Origin: Lepidodermella squamata
Taxonomy: Eukaryota > Animalia > Gastrotricha
Direction of reading: 5' to 3'
Length of the DNA stretch: 64,000 nt
Assembly: GCA_047495785.1 (NCBI GenBank)
Contig: JBLDXI010000030.1
Location: forward strand, 682,001 to 746,000
In this document: positions 51,153 through 61,761 of the stretch, piece by piece
Position numbering within the stretch: the stretch's first letter is position 1
Layout of the letters: every line of letters begins with the position of its first letter
Position numbers and translations under genes: made by a program
The notes under the pieces: model-generated
What the model saw: the letters and a program-made list of their open reading frames with translations, nothing else
Database searches by the model: none
Told to the model about the DNA's origin: nothing

Positions 51153-51324
51153 CAGTGTAGAAGATGGACATTTTGCTGAAAGGGGGATATAGGTAAGGGT
51201 CCCCCTTATATCGCTCAAGTTTCCGCAGGGGCCAGGGAAAAAAACATAAGGGTCCCCCCTGTGGTCAGGCTTCGAGCCCGAAGCAGGGACAGTCCCCCCC
51301 GTCCCCCCTCCATCTTCGACACTG
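51153..51324. mobile_element. hAT-like MITE, family 2
   Basis: TIR CAGTGT(A/C)GAAGATGG with perfect 8-bp TSD GAGATAAG (51145-51152, 51325-51332). Confidence 0.88.
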
Positions 51325-51532
51325 GAGATAAGTGAAATACATGAGAGACCTATCCTTCTCAATTCGGGGGGATAAAATAACGGAGCGGGACAATACTCGC
51401 TTATGATTGACAGGTGAAGAAAATCAAAGAAAGTCTTCTGCATTATTGATGCTATGATCAATAGTTCGAAACTGCCATACGCAAGAAAGGCGAATATGTA
51501 GTCATTCCTTCCTACTGTTTTCTTTGCAAGCG

Positions 51533-52710
51533 ATGGCTTCGTTTTTCGGAGTGTTTTTCCTAATTGTCTTTAAACTGATTGAATTGTCGTTCCAGTTCAT
51601 GCCGAGCCAAACTAAAATCAGGCAATTGATGACTGAAGAATGCATGCTGCTAACAAAAGACAGACCAGTGGAGGATTTCAGCGATATGATTTACTTCGAG
51701 ATTTCTCTAACACTCAACAGTTTCCGAGAAATCAACGATGCATCTCAAACGTTCACGGTTGTTGGTGAATTTCTCGTCCAGTGGCGACATCCGTGTATCT
51801 ATTGGAAGAATTTACCTGACTACGAAGGCATTGGTTCGTTCCTACTCGACGCAAGAGATGCTTTTTACCCTCAAATAATTCATAAGAACGCCGAGGATGA
51901 GTTTTATATTTTCGACCGTCTCATAGGGCAAAGTCCAATTTTCATCTATCCAGACGGCTTGCAAATCGTCAGAGCCCTCTCTCCTTTTACTTCATCTTGC
52001 CAACTCAAGTAAGTCAATGCCCTGGTCGTTACGTATCTAAATTTGAGTGCAACAGCCTAAAGAAATTCCCGTTTGACGTTCAATTTTGTCGAATTGAGCT
52101 GCAGTCATTGCAAATCTCTAGATTTATCAATTTCAAACTAATCGGTCGGGGTATTGAGTTTTTAAATCGCGACGCCTTCATTACACCGGCCGATGTGTGG
52201 CAACTGGTCAATGCTAGCGCCAAAGTTCGATTGACAGACCCGAATCCACTGAAAAACACAAGCAATTCACTTGCGATTTTTTCGTTTCAATTCAAGAGAA
52301 AATCTGAATTCTACGTGATCAACCTATTTGTTCCGAACTTTTTCCTGATGATTCTCGTACTCAGTGTGGGATTTTTGCCGCCTAAACACCCAGATCGACC
52401 AGCCATATGCGCTACTATCGTGCTCGCTTTCTCAGTATCTCAGTCATATATCGCCGAGTCAATCCCGAAATCAGCCGAGATACCTTATATTGTCATTTTC
52501 ATGGCGATCCAACTCGCAGTGAGCGTTCTGTGTTCAATCTACACCTTGATTGCTTGTGAATTTGCTAAGCGTAAGAGTTTCACTGTGCCATCTCCTTTTT
52601 GGTCCGATTATCTAACTGTGATTCGACTGACTGATGTGATATTCTTTTCGGCTACAACTTTGGTTGTCTTAGTCATTTATGCACTAATTTTTATTTTATT
52701 GGTTACATGA
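51533..52710 (+). CDS. Cys-loop pentameric ligand-gated ion channel subunit, about 376 aa (intron 52009-52055)
   Basis: Signal peptide; spliced Cys-loop CQLNLKKFPFDVQFC (C-x13-C); pre-M1 KRKSEFYVINLFVP; four TM segments. Confidence 0.88.
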
Positions 52711-52963
52711 AACTGAAGCTGAAACGGACCGAATTGACACAACTTTATGCAACTAATTTTTACTTCAAGCAAACTTTCTTTTCTGAGCTCTCAACTTTGG
52801 TGTTTGTGCTCTAAAATAAAAAAAATGTAAAAAAAATGAAAAAAGTCCTTCTAACACAGCAAATTTCCCCTATGAAATGCCGTTGCAATGCCGAAAAAGA
52901 GCCGCCGGTCCACATAGAAAAGTATTACCTATGAAAAATCAATTTCCAACCTTCATTTACTGG

Positions 52964-53125
52964 CAGGGTGCGAATTACAGGGGTGCTGGGGTGTCGCGAC
53001 ACCTCTGCTCCGGGCCATAGGAAGGCTGAAAAATCCACGGGGGACCTTTGGTTTCTTTGGCTGGGTACTATAAAACACCTCAGCCACCGGATCCTACTTC
53101 GGTTACTGGGATGGTTACTGGACTG
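52964..53125. mobile_element. hAT-like MITE, family 1 related
   Basis: CAGGGTGCGAA...GGATCCTACTTCGG...CTG flanked by TTTACTGG (52956-52963, 53126-53133). Confidence 0.65.
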
Positions 53126-53906
53126 TTTACTGGGCTGCCATTCAAACATGACGTCGCAATGATCGCAGAGATCGATGGGGCAATCTATCGATTTTTACAG
53201 AGGTCTTTTGATAATGGTCGGTGGCTTTGCCACATGACTATAGCCGCTTCAAAAAAGCACTTTTTAACAGGTAGCTTCAAATTGCCACTATTGCCATCAG
53301 CTTGGAGCCAAATACAAAGTTTCCAAAGCAATATGAAAATATTCCGAGGATTTGCCAAATAATTCTGATTTAAATCGTGAATTCTAGAAAGATATCTGAA
53401 GGCACTCATTCAAAGGGAGTCTAGACTCAGTAGATGCTTGTTGAGTCAGGTTAAATTTTGAGTGATTCGAAATGATATCTTAAGATTAGAGCAAGAGCAG
53501 TCGTCATTTCACGGAAGAGAGGACATTTTAGGTTCCTAAATTAAAGCCTGGACAGCCGGCCTAATCAGTTGTGTGCAAGTAATCTACGATGTTCTATATT
53601 TCCTGTCATCCACACAAAAAACAACAGTGAGCCAGACTGCTGAATTGCGTAAATCTCGTGTTAGTCACACTTCGTTCATCGGCATGACCTCAAGCTAATT
53701 AATCTTATCAATCAACAAAGTTTTCAAGGTTAAAATAAATAGCAACGATCGACCACAGCGAAATCCGAATTGGAAAGCCTTATATTTTGATTAGTCAAGC
53801 CTGAAACTCTTCCTTATAAACCGGGAATAGCTATTACGCTCTTACCACTCGTTCCTTCAAGTGAGCCTTCATTGTAATAATTTAAGCTTCATAGAAGAAT
53901 CAAGAC

Positions 53907-54255
53907 ATGAAGGCCTTACCATGTTTACTCTTAATAACTCTCTGCTTCTTCGAGCACACTGAGGCCACAAATGTACCAACGATGAGCGAGAGTGAGTAGA
54001 ACTAAAGGCAAACAAGTTATCTCTACATTGCTAACTTCCATTTTTTAAACAGTCACCCGAGCTATGATGGCGAAAGACGATGTTACAATGCGGCAACTAT
54101 ACAAGAATCTGCGACGCAGCCACGACGAGTGTTCAATGGAGACTTGCATGCGAGTCTTTAACTCGGTACCGATTTGCCAGTCGCGCGGATCTTTCTACGT
54201 CTGGGCGAGAATGTTGGCGAAGCAGCTGGCTGTAGATTTGTCGAAATGCTCATAA
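53907..54255 (+). CDS. Small secreted prepropeptide, about 95 aa (intron 53992-54052)
   Basis: TATAAA near 53815; signal MKALPCLLLITLCFFEHTEA; GT-AG intron joins in frame to ORF 54064-54255; dibasic RR followed by a 4-Cys C-terminal peptide. Confidence 0.7.
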
Positions 54256-54763
54256 CTCGCCGGCAAGTTTGTTTATATACCCAGCGAGTACGGAGCGAGT
54301 ACGTTACGGTCCATTTGTGTGCTAACGCTTAAATTACACCTGTTCATTTCACACTTGACAAAGCTGAAAATCTAAGCTCTGTAAGAATACATGATACTTG
54401 CGTTTTGGAAGTTGTCTGAGTTTAATTATCGGCAAGCGATCGTAGGAAAAATGCATGTAAAATGCTTGAATTTTTCTATGAATTTCCCATAGCAATCGCT
54501 GGGAAATTCGAAATTGACTGAGGCGTGCCAAAGGAAGTTATTTATTGATTCGTCTCACACGACTCTTTGTTTAATGTTCGTGTACTTCGACGCATTGTTT
54601 GATCATCAATGCTGCTTCAATATATCGTGGAACCTTTCCACTTGACGAAAGCGCCTAACGGATGAGGAAATTGAAACACGCTGGTATCAATAATCCAAGC
54701 GCGTAAATTTCACATTTCTGTGGATTTTTCTGTCATATTCCCTATCCACTAAATATTGAGTGA

Positions 54764-55927
54764 ATGTCGAGGACAATTCGGGCTTTCCTTGCTGTTTTTA
54801 TCGCCAACCATGCATTGGCGGAGCCAGCAGGCAACGACAGCGTCTGGGACTTTGATCCGACCGCAACTATACTGAGCAACTGTAGGATTGGCGCGCATGT
54901 TAACACACCGCTCGAACTCGAGAAGAAAGTGATTCCTATTACGCTAGAGCTGCAAGCGAAGCGTCTTATCGATATCGACGACGTCGCTGAAACATTCTCT
55001 ATTTACGGCTCACTTTTCGTTAGATACAACTCAAAATGCATTGCCGATTTGTACAAGAATGTATCACGAAAAGGAAGCATCTCATGGCCGGCTGACATAA
55101 ATCAGCTGCAGAAGGAGGATCCTGGAAATTACTGGTTTCCAGATTTGTTACACGAAAATGCAATCGAAAACCCTGGGATGAATGACGAATATCATCGCTA
55201 TATCCGAATATCGCTTATCCCGGGCTCAGTTACGTTTGTTTTATCTGGAAAGTTTACGTCATATTGCGACCTGGACGTTACCTATTTCCCTTTCGACGTG
55301 CAAAAGTGCTCGATAGACTTTTATCTCGCCCAAGCCAACTCATACTCCACGATTTCCAATGCGTCCTTCGTTCGTGATGAGGGTACATTTTTGAGGGAGA
55401 ATTCAGGCTGGCATCACGAAAATTCGAACCGCCCTCCCTTGTTTAAAACAGTCAAATCAAGCGGAAATTCAGCGACGTTCACTATCGCTAGTTTTAAATT
55501 TGACTTCAAGCGGAAACCCGACTATTTCTTAACAAACCTATTCGCTCCGAGTATAGTTCTCAGTTCGTTGGTGCTGTCGTCATTCTTCATCCCGGCTGAT
55601 GCTCCGGATCGCCCGGCCTTCGCCTGCACTGTTATGCTGGCTATTTTCGTTGTTCAAGACAACGTCCAGGCTAATTTGCCCAAAACACCCAAACCAACGG
55701 TAGCTGGAATTTTCAGCTTGGCACAAGCTGTTATCGCAACTTTTTGCGTGCTATACGAAGCAATCATGTGCGGATTCCTCACAATGTTCCCAGAAATCGG
55801 CGGGGTAAAAATTGTTATTTTCGGTAAAAAGGTGGCTCGCTATGTGATTTTTGATATATTTATGTTACAATTAGCCTTCATTCTGTATTTATCCACAACT
55901 GTTACAGTATCCTTCATTCTAAACTAA
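54764..55927 (+). CDS. Cys-loop pentameric ligand-gated ion channel subunit, 387 aa, intronless
   Basis: WFPD, CDLDVTYFPFDVQKC, KRKPDYFLTNLFAP, PDRPAFACTVML, LPKT. Confidence 0.9.
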   Translation: MSRTIRAFLAVFIANHALAEPAGNDSVWDFDPTATILSNCRIGAHVNTPLELEKKVIPITLELQAKRLIDIDDVAETFSIYGSLFVRYNSKCIADLYKNVSRKGSISWPADINQLQKEDPGNYWFPDLLHENAIENPGMNDEYHRYIRISLIPGSVTFVLSGKFTSYCDLDVTYFPFDVQKCSIDFYLAQANSYSTISNASFVRDEGTFLRENSGWHHENSNRPPLFKTVKSSGNSATFTIASFKFDFKRKPDYFLTNLFAPSIVLSSLVLSSFFIPADAPDRPAFACTVMLAIFVVQDNVQANLPKTPKPTVAGIFSLAQAVIATFCVLYEAIMCGFLTMFPEIGGVKIVIFGKKVARYVIFDIFMLQLAFILYLSTTVTVSFILN

Positions 55928-57119
55928 CCGAAATTATTCATGTAGGCTTCTGCTCTCTGAGATGAACTGAAACTGCATTCGTTCACCTTGCAGTCGATAT
56001 GTATGCCTCGGCGCTATAATATATATTTTTGCGCCTAGTTCTCTCTTCTTGCACTCGCTCTTGTATGAAATTTGTATGACACTACGTCCAAGCCTCTCCT
56101 GGTTATGCCGTTGATATTTATTTGTTTTGCTGTTTGTTTGTTTTCAAACATTTGATGGTGTAATGCTGGGGTGTATTTGATCTGATGCAATTTTAAGCAC
56201 TGATCAGAGCCCATTCCAACACGCCCACGTTTACCAACTGCGAGCTATCCATATTTAATCAAAGCTTCTGAACAAATACATAACATGTTATTTCAGGGTT
56301 CGAAGTGTTCGAAGTTTTCAATAATTTCATACAAAATCAATGCCCGACCATGATAATGCAATTTGCGAATTTGCAATCCACTGAGAATTTCATTGTGAAC
56401 AATGACAACGATTTAGCATGTATCTTTGTTGGCAGGTGCGATCTTGGATCCTGTAGCTGCTAGGGATAGAAAGACTTGAAGTGCACGTAACCTGAATGAA
56501 GAATTTTTCAACTTTGGATACACATTCATTCAGCATTCAGCATTCAACAGTACGTATTTCCGGTTGAATGCTAAGTGCGGCATTTAGCCATTTCTCCAAC
56601 TGTAGAGTCTCGCAAATCGCAGAAGTGTGTTGGTGTTATCATCGCTGTAGGATTTCACCCCTTTGTTCGGCTGTGTAGATGCCGGTCTGGAATGTAGGGC
56701 TGTTTATGATCGAAAGGATTAGCGCTCCCGGTGACAATTTTTTGCTCTTTCTTAATAAATGTACGGCGACCTTGATAGAAAAAAAACGGGTCTGCGCCGG
56801 TCCCCGTGCTTTTATCGAATGAGTACTATAGCACATCAAAACTGAATGATTTATGTAGACCTGAGATGCACCAAGCAACGACATTCATCTAACTATTCAT
56901 CTATCGTTGTATTAGAGCATCATATATATAAGGCGTTTGCAAACACAAATAAAGTATTCGAGTTGCGCTAGATGGCTGGTCTTTAGACTTCAAAACTTCA
57001 AGATCATAAAGTGGGAGCGGTGTTGCGCATAGCCCTAGCCTCATTTCCCGAACCAATCAAACACTAACGTTTGAAAATACGTTCCCATCCCGTCATTATA
57101 TAGCCGAGTTCCGAGGCGT

Positions 57120-58420
57120 CTTTACGCAAGTCGGGCGAAGACGCCTTCGACGCTCTCGTCGAGGGTGACAGACTCCTTGGCGTCTAGAACGCGACTTTGG
57201 CCGGTGCGGCTGCAGCGGCAGAGGCAGCAGCAGCCGCAGTTCTGCCCATTGGCGCCGCGCATGACGGAGGCGGAGGCTATCGCCTCACTTCCTGTCTCTC
57301 TGAATGCGAAACTCAGACGAATCTGGAAAGAGACGGGCGGGGCAAGTCTGCCGCAAACGCGCTCTGGCCGATGCCGCTGGTTTCCCTCCATCAGACGTTG
57401 AGGCCTCTAGACGGCTTATGTTCCCGCGGCAGGGCGATTTACGTCAGCACAGCGGTCCGCCTCGTCGGTATCAGCCGTCGCTAAGCCGGTTCCCAGGCCG
57501 TTTTCGCTCCCTGCAATTTCGCGAACGACAACAATCGCGGCCAGGTAATAATGTTGATACTAATGTGGGTTGTTAGCACTGCCACAAACCGGGCCACCGA
57601 GCGGTACTGTCGCCAGCCGCCCTACCAGGGCAAAGGCATGAGACGTACTATAGGACGACGCGGCTTGCTGAGAATCTGAAAAAGTGTGATATTTTTAATG
57701 AGGTCCAAAGTCCAACTCGACCAATGAATCATCTCATAACACTTTTTGCAATCATCTCAAGCCTCTTTTTTGCTCAAGATCAACGAGATCAACACATCTT
57801 TACACGCCGATCTTTTGCTGTAAAAGAATTCTCATCAGTTTTTAATTATTGACATTTAAAAAATTAAAATTTTATAAATTTAAATTTAAATTATATAATT
57901 AATTTATAAATAAATTAATTTCGAAATTACTGGACTAAAATTTAATTCGTATGCACATTCCGATATGCACAGTCCGCGGCCTTCAAGAGGCCCATGTAAC
58001 GGGAGCTTCGAAGCCGCGGCGTCCTATAGTACGTCTCATGGGCAAAGGGGGCGGCCAAACTATTGAACAATTTACCAAACGTGCCGCGTTGCACTCGGCG
58101 TCAATCGGAGCGCTCCTAAAATCGAATAGAAATTGCGATAGATGTATCACCTGTAGTCTAGAATTTATAGGGATGATCAAAGTGATCAATATTGCGAAAT
58201 CGATTCGGAGAAAATTCCCGCAATCGGAAATATCAAACTTGGTATCCTAGAAAAAAGCCAAATTGGGCGTTAAGCTGTTTTTGCCGGAGCATTGCTCACA
58301 GATATGGGCAAAATCTCTCCCAAATTTCAACAAATTAAAAGAAGTCGAAGATTGGCTAACCCACTAACCTTGATTCACTTCGAATGGTCATTGGGTTTAC
58401 CTAGGTAAACTGTCATAGCA
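57120..58420 (+). pseudogene. Decayed retroelement-like relic (gag zinc knuckle), boundaries approximate
   Basis: GC-rich; broken C*HCHKPGH..(frameshift)..C knuckle near 57570-57612; weak LEFIGMI motif near 58160. Confidence 0.35.
57637..58040. mobile_element. MITE with CATG termini and an 8-bp TSD (P- or hAT-like)
   Basis: 30-bp TIR CATGAGACGTACTATAGGACG(A/C)CGCGGCTT; GGCAAAGG at 57629-57636 and 58041-58048; solo ends near 29635 and 59360-59385. Confidence 0.88.
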
Positions 58421-58585
58421 GCTCCCGTGAACCGTATGACGTCGAAACGTCAAAATTGAGTGGACCAAGGCTGAAGAATCATTTCAGCAGTTGAAAAAGT
58501 CACTTTCGTCTCCCCCTGTCCCGCTTTTTACGATAAAAATTCGCGTTCCATCATTGAAACCGATCATTCTAATGTCGGTATTGGT

Positions 58586-59069
58586 CAGAGACTTTGATTT
58601 GATTTGATTTGATTGTGATTTGATTTGATTTAGGCCATTTTTTTGATGATTTGATTTACTGATGATTTGATTTAGAAAATTTCCGGATGATTTGATTTGC
58701 AAATGATTTAGCCCCCTCGATTTACTGATGATTTAGAGCATTGAACACTCTCGGAACTCCCCCTGTTGCTAAACATGTCGAAACACATCTGACTCGAAAA
58801 CACCTGTTTTCCAATGTCCGGAGCAACTGAACTACTTTTAGACTCATTCTGCTATAACCAACCTTAAAATGGGAAAGAATCTCTAGAAAATACCCTAATA
58901 CTCATATTTCGCCGGGCGAAAGATTTGATTTGATTTGATTTAGACTGGTCTGATGATTTGATTTGATTGATTTACCATGGATTTTTGGGTGATTTGATTT
59001 AAAATGATTGATTTAACAAGACCCGTGATTTACTGAAGAAATCAAATCAAATCAAATCAAAGTCACTGA
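58586..59069. mobile_element. hAT-like MITE with (GATTT)n subterminal arrays
   Basis: CAGAGACTTTGATTTG...CAAATCAAAGTCACTG(A), flanked by GTATTGGT on both sides. Confidence 0.8.
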
Positions 59070-60536
59070 GTATTGGTGGTACTCTAGCACAGGGGCAGTG
59101 TGATAACTCCGGAAAGTGTACAACCAAGCTAATTGTCTTTTTCTCACGTCCGCTAACACGAGCCGCGGGTGGCGAAACAGCGCAGGCCAGAGAGATGATC
59201 GAGAACAGACTGTTGTATATACCTGAGTGATTTTCAGAAATGAGATTTGTTGCTCGTCGCAAAAGAAAAATAACGATCGCTGCTAATGATGTCATTTGGA
59301 GCCACACCGACCTTTGGACCTTATTAAAAAATGACACAAAAATCAGGCGGTTAAATCGAGGCGCCGCATCCTTGTACGTCTCATGGGAAAGATGACTTCG
59401 TTTTTTGAAACACGCTTAAAAAAATGTGCGAGAATTGCGCGGAGTGTTCGCGCGGCGCGGTGAAAATCCTCCGCGGAGAGCAGCAATTAATTACTTGTGA
59501 GAGTGTTTAAAATGGTGAGCGGCATAGGCACAGTTACGGTGTATTTTGTACAGAATGCAGAACTTGTATATGCTATTCGCAAATTCGTGGCTTTGTTGAT
59601 TAGGCTAAATCGATGAGGTTTGAATCCACGTGGGTTCAAACCGTTTTTTCTTCTAATTTTCGACCCGGCACTTTTTATATGCACAAGCATCCCCACAGCC
59701 CCACGTATCATCTGGTTGTATTTTTTGTAGGAAAAATAGTGCTTCAATTTTTGTATTTTATATTTGAATCCGTAGAAAATACAGGAGAAATACAGTATTT
59801 TATAGTATTTATAGTATTTCTGTAGCGAAATTCTATTTCACCCTCTCTGAAACCCCTCGACGTTTTTTGCTGCTAGTTCGGGGTTTCATATCAGGGGTAA
59901 ATTGAATTTCTCTACGGCTAGCTATAAAATCAGGGTGCGATCTTCGATGCCCGAGCTCCCGGGGATGGACAATTTGTTTTGCTGTATTTGCCAAAATGAC
60001 AATTTTGGATATTTTCCAATAAAACACGCCCCAGAACCTTCCAAAATTAACAAAACAGTGGGATAAATTCTCATTTTGTTGTCTGGCCGAGCTGGGATGA
60101 TCCCCCCACCCCCCCCCCCTCCCACACACACACACACTTTAATGTCAACAGTCACAGTATCTTTTATTATTCCGAATAATCTTGGCCTAGTGAAATTTTT
60201 ATTCTATTCATAACCGAATGCGTTTTTGTGATGATTTTCTGCTCTTTGCGACGATCTAGATCTTGATTTTCTTATGTATGCTGTATGCCTGGTTAGCGAT
60301 TAGCGATGAACGAGAAGCCTTTTATAATTAATGTTTGTTCTTATCTCTCTTTTTGGCACTAGTTCTTCTACGAAACTCAACTACGGCGAAACCTCTCACC
60401 TCTCTTGGTTACTATGCCCCTTGATTATGGTTATTACTCTCATAAATCAATGATGGACGTCATCGATGATACGTGAATGCAGAAGGTACAAGAATTTGAG
60501 ATTTTGCTCTTTCCAAATAGATTTTTCTTGTGAGCA

Positions 60537-61761
60537 ATGATAGCGATTTTGCTTATTTTCGCTGGACTGATCGCGCCCTCAGTTCAATTCATGCCGAGCC
60601 AGACGAAGGTCAGACAGTTGATGACGGACCAGTGCATGCTGCTTACCAAAGACAGACCGGTGGAAAACTACGGCGACGTGATGAACTGGGAGATTTTACT
60701 GACGCTCAGTGGCTTCCGTGAAATTGATGATGAGGCTCAAAAGTGAGTTTTTGAACAAATTCCAGAGAATTTCTTAACTGCTTTGATTCTACTAAGGTTC
60801 ACGATTGTCGGAGAATTCTTGATCCGATGGCATCATCCGTGCGTCAACTGGCAGCAACTGTCCGAATACGCAAGTATCGAATCATTTATCCTTGAGCCAA
60901 GAGAATCTTTCTACCCTCAAATGATTCATAAGAACGCAGATCAGGAATTCTACATTTTCGACCGGCTCATTAGTCAGAACCTGTTGATAGTGAACCCTGA
61001 CGGACTGCAATTTGTTAGAATTCTCACGCCAATTACTTCAACCTGCCAACTCGAGTGAGCTAGTTAATTACTCAAATGTTACAATTATGAAACTCAATTT
61101 TTCCAGCTTGAAAAAATTCCCCTTCGACGTCCAGTTTTGCCAAATCGAGCTCCAAGCGGTTCAAATTTCCGACTTGATACATTACAAGATAATTGGTGGT
61201 GGCATTGAGTTTTTCGATCGTGACTCCTTCCTTTCACCAGCTGATGTGTGGCAGCTGGTAACTTTTGATGCGAAAGTTCAGCTGACAGACCCAAATCCGC
61301 GGACTAATGCCACTCACTCTCTTGTAGTCTTCTCTTTTCAATTTGAGAGAAAATCTGAATTTTACGTGATTAACCTGTTTGTTCCTAATATTTTTCTGAT
61401 GATCCTAGTTCTTTGTGTCGGATTTTTGCCGCCTAAACACCCAGATCGACCAGCGATTTGCGCTACTATTGTACTTGCTTTTTCGGTCTCGCAATCTTAC
61501 GTCGCTGATTCTATCCCTAAATCAGCTGAGATACCTTATATTGTAATTTTCATATCTACACAACTTGCGGTAAGCGTTTGGTGTTCAATCTACACGTTGA
61601 TAGCTTGTGAATTCGCAAAGCGGAAGAGTTTCACCCTCCCAGCGCCTTTGTTGCCCAAACATCTAACGATTATACGTCTACTTGATATCGTTTTCTTTTC
61701 GATTACAACATTGATAGTTCTCATTGTTTATGCCGTAATTTTCCTTCGAATGAAAACGTAA
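60537..61761 (+). CDS. Cys-loop pentameric ligand-gated ion channel subunit, about 372 aa (introns 60743-60796, 61055-61106)
   Basis: Close paralogue of 51533-52710; spliced CQLDLKKFPFDVQFC; spliced length is a multiple of 3. Confidence 0.88.

Noticed and set aside
56105-56463. Possible secreted Cys-containing gene (MPLIFICFAVCLF... and ...ACIFVGRCDLGSCSC*)
   Set aside because: In-frame stops follow the signal-like segment and no consistent splice model was found; at best a decayed pseudogene.
58590-59065. CRISPR-like array
   Set aside because: Pentamer microsatellite within a TIR element; no repeat-spacer periodicity and no cas genes anywhere in the window.
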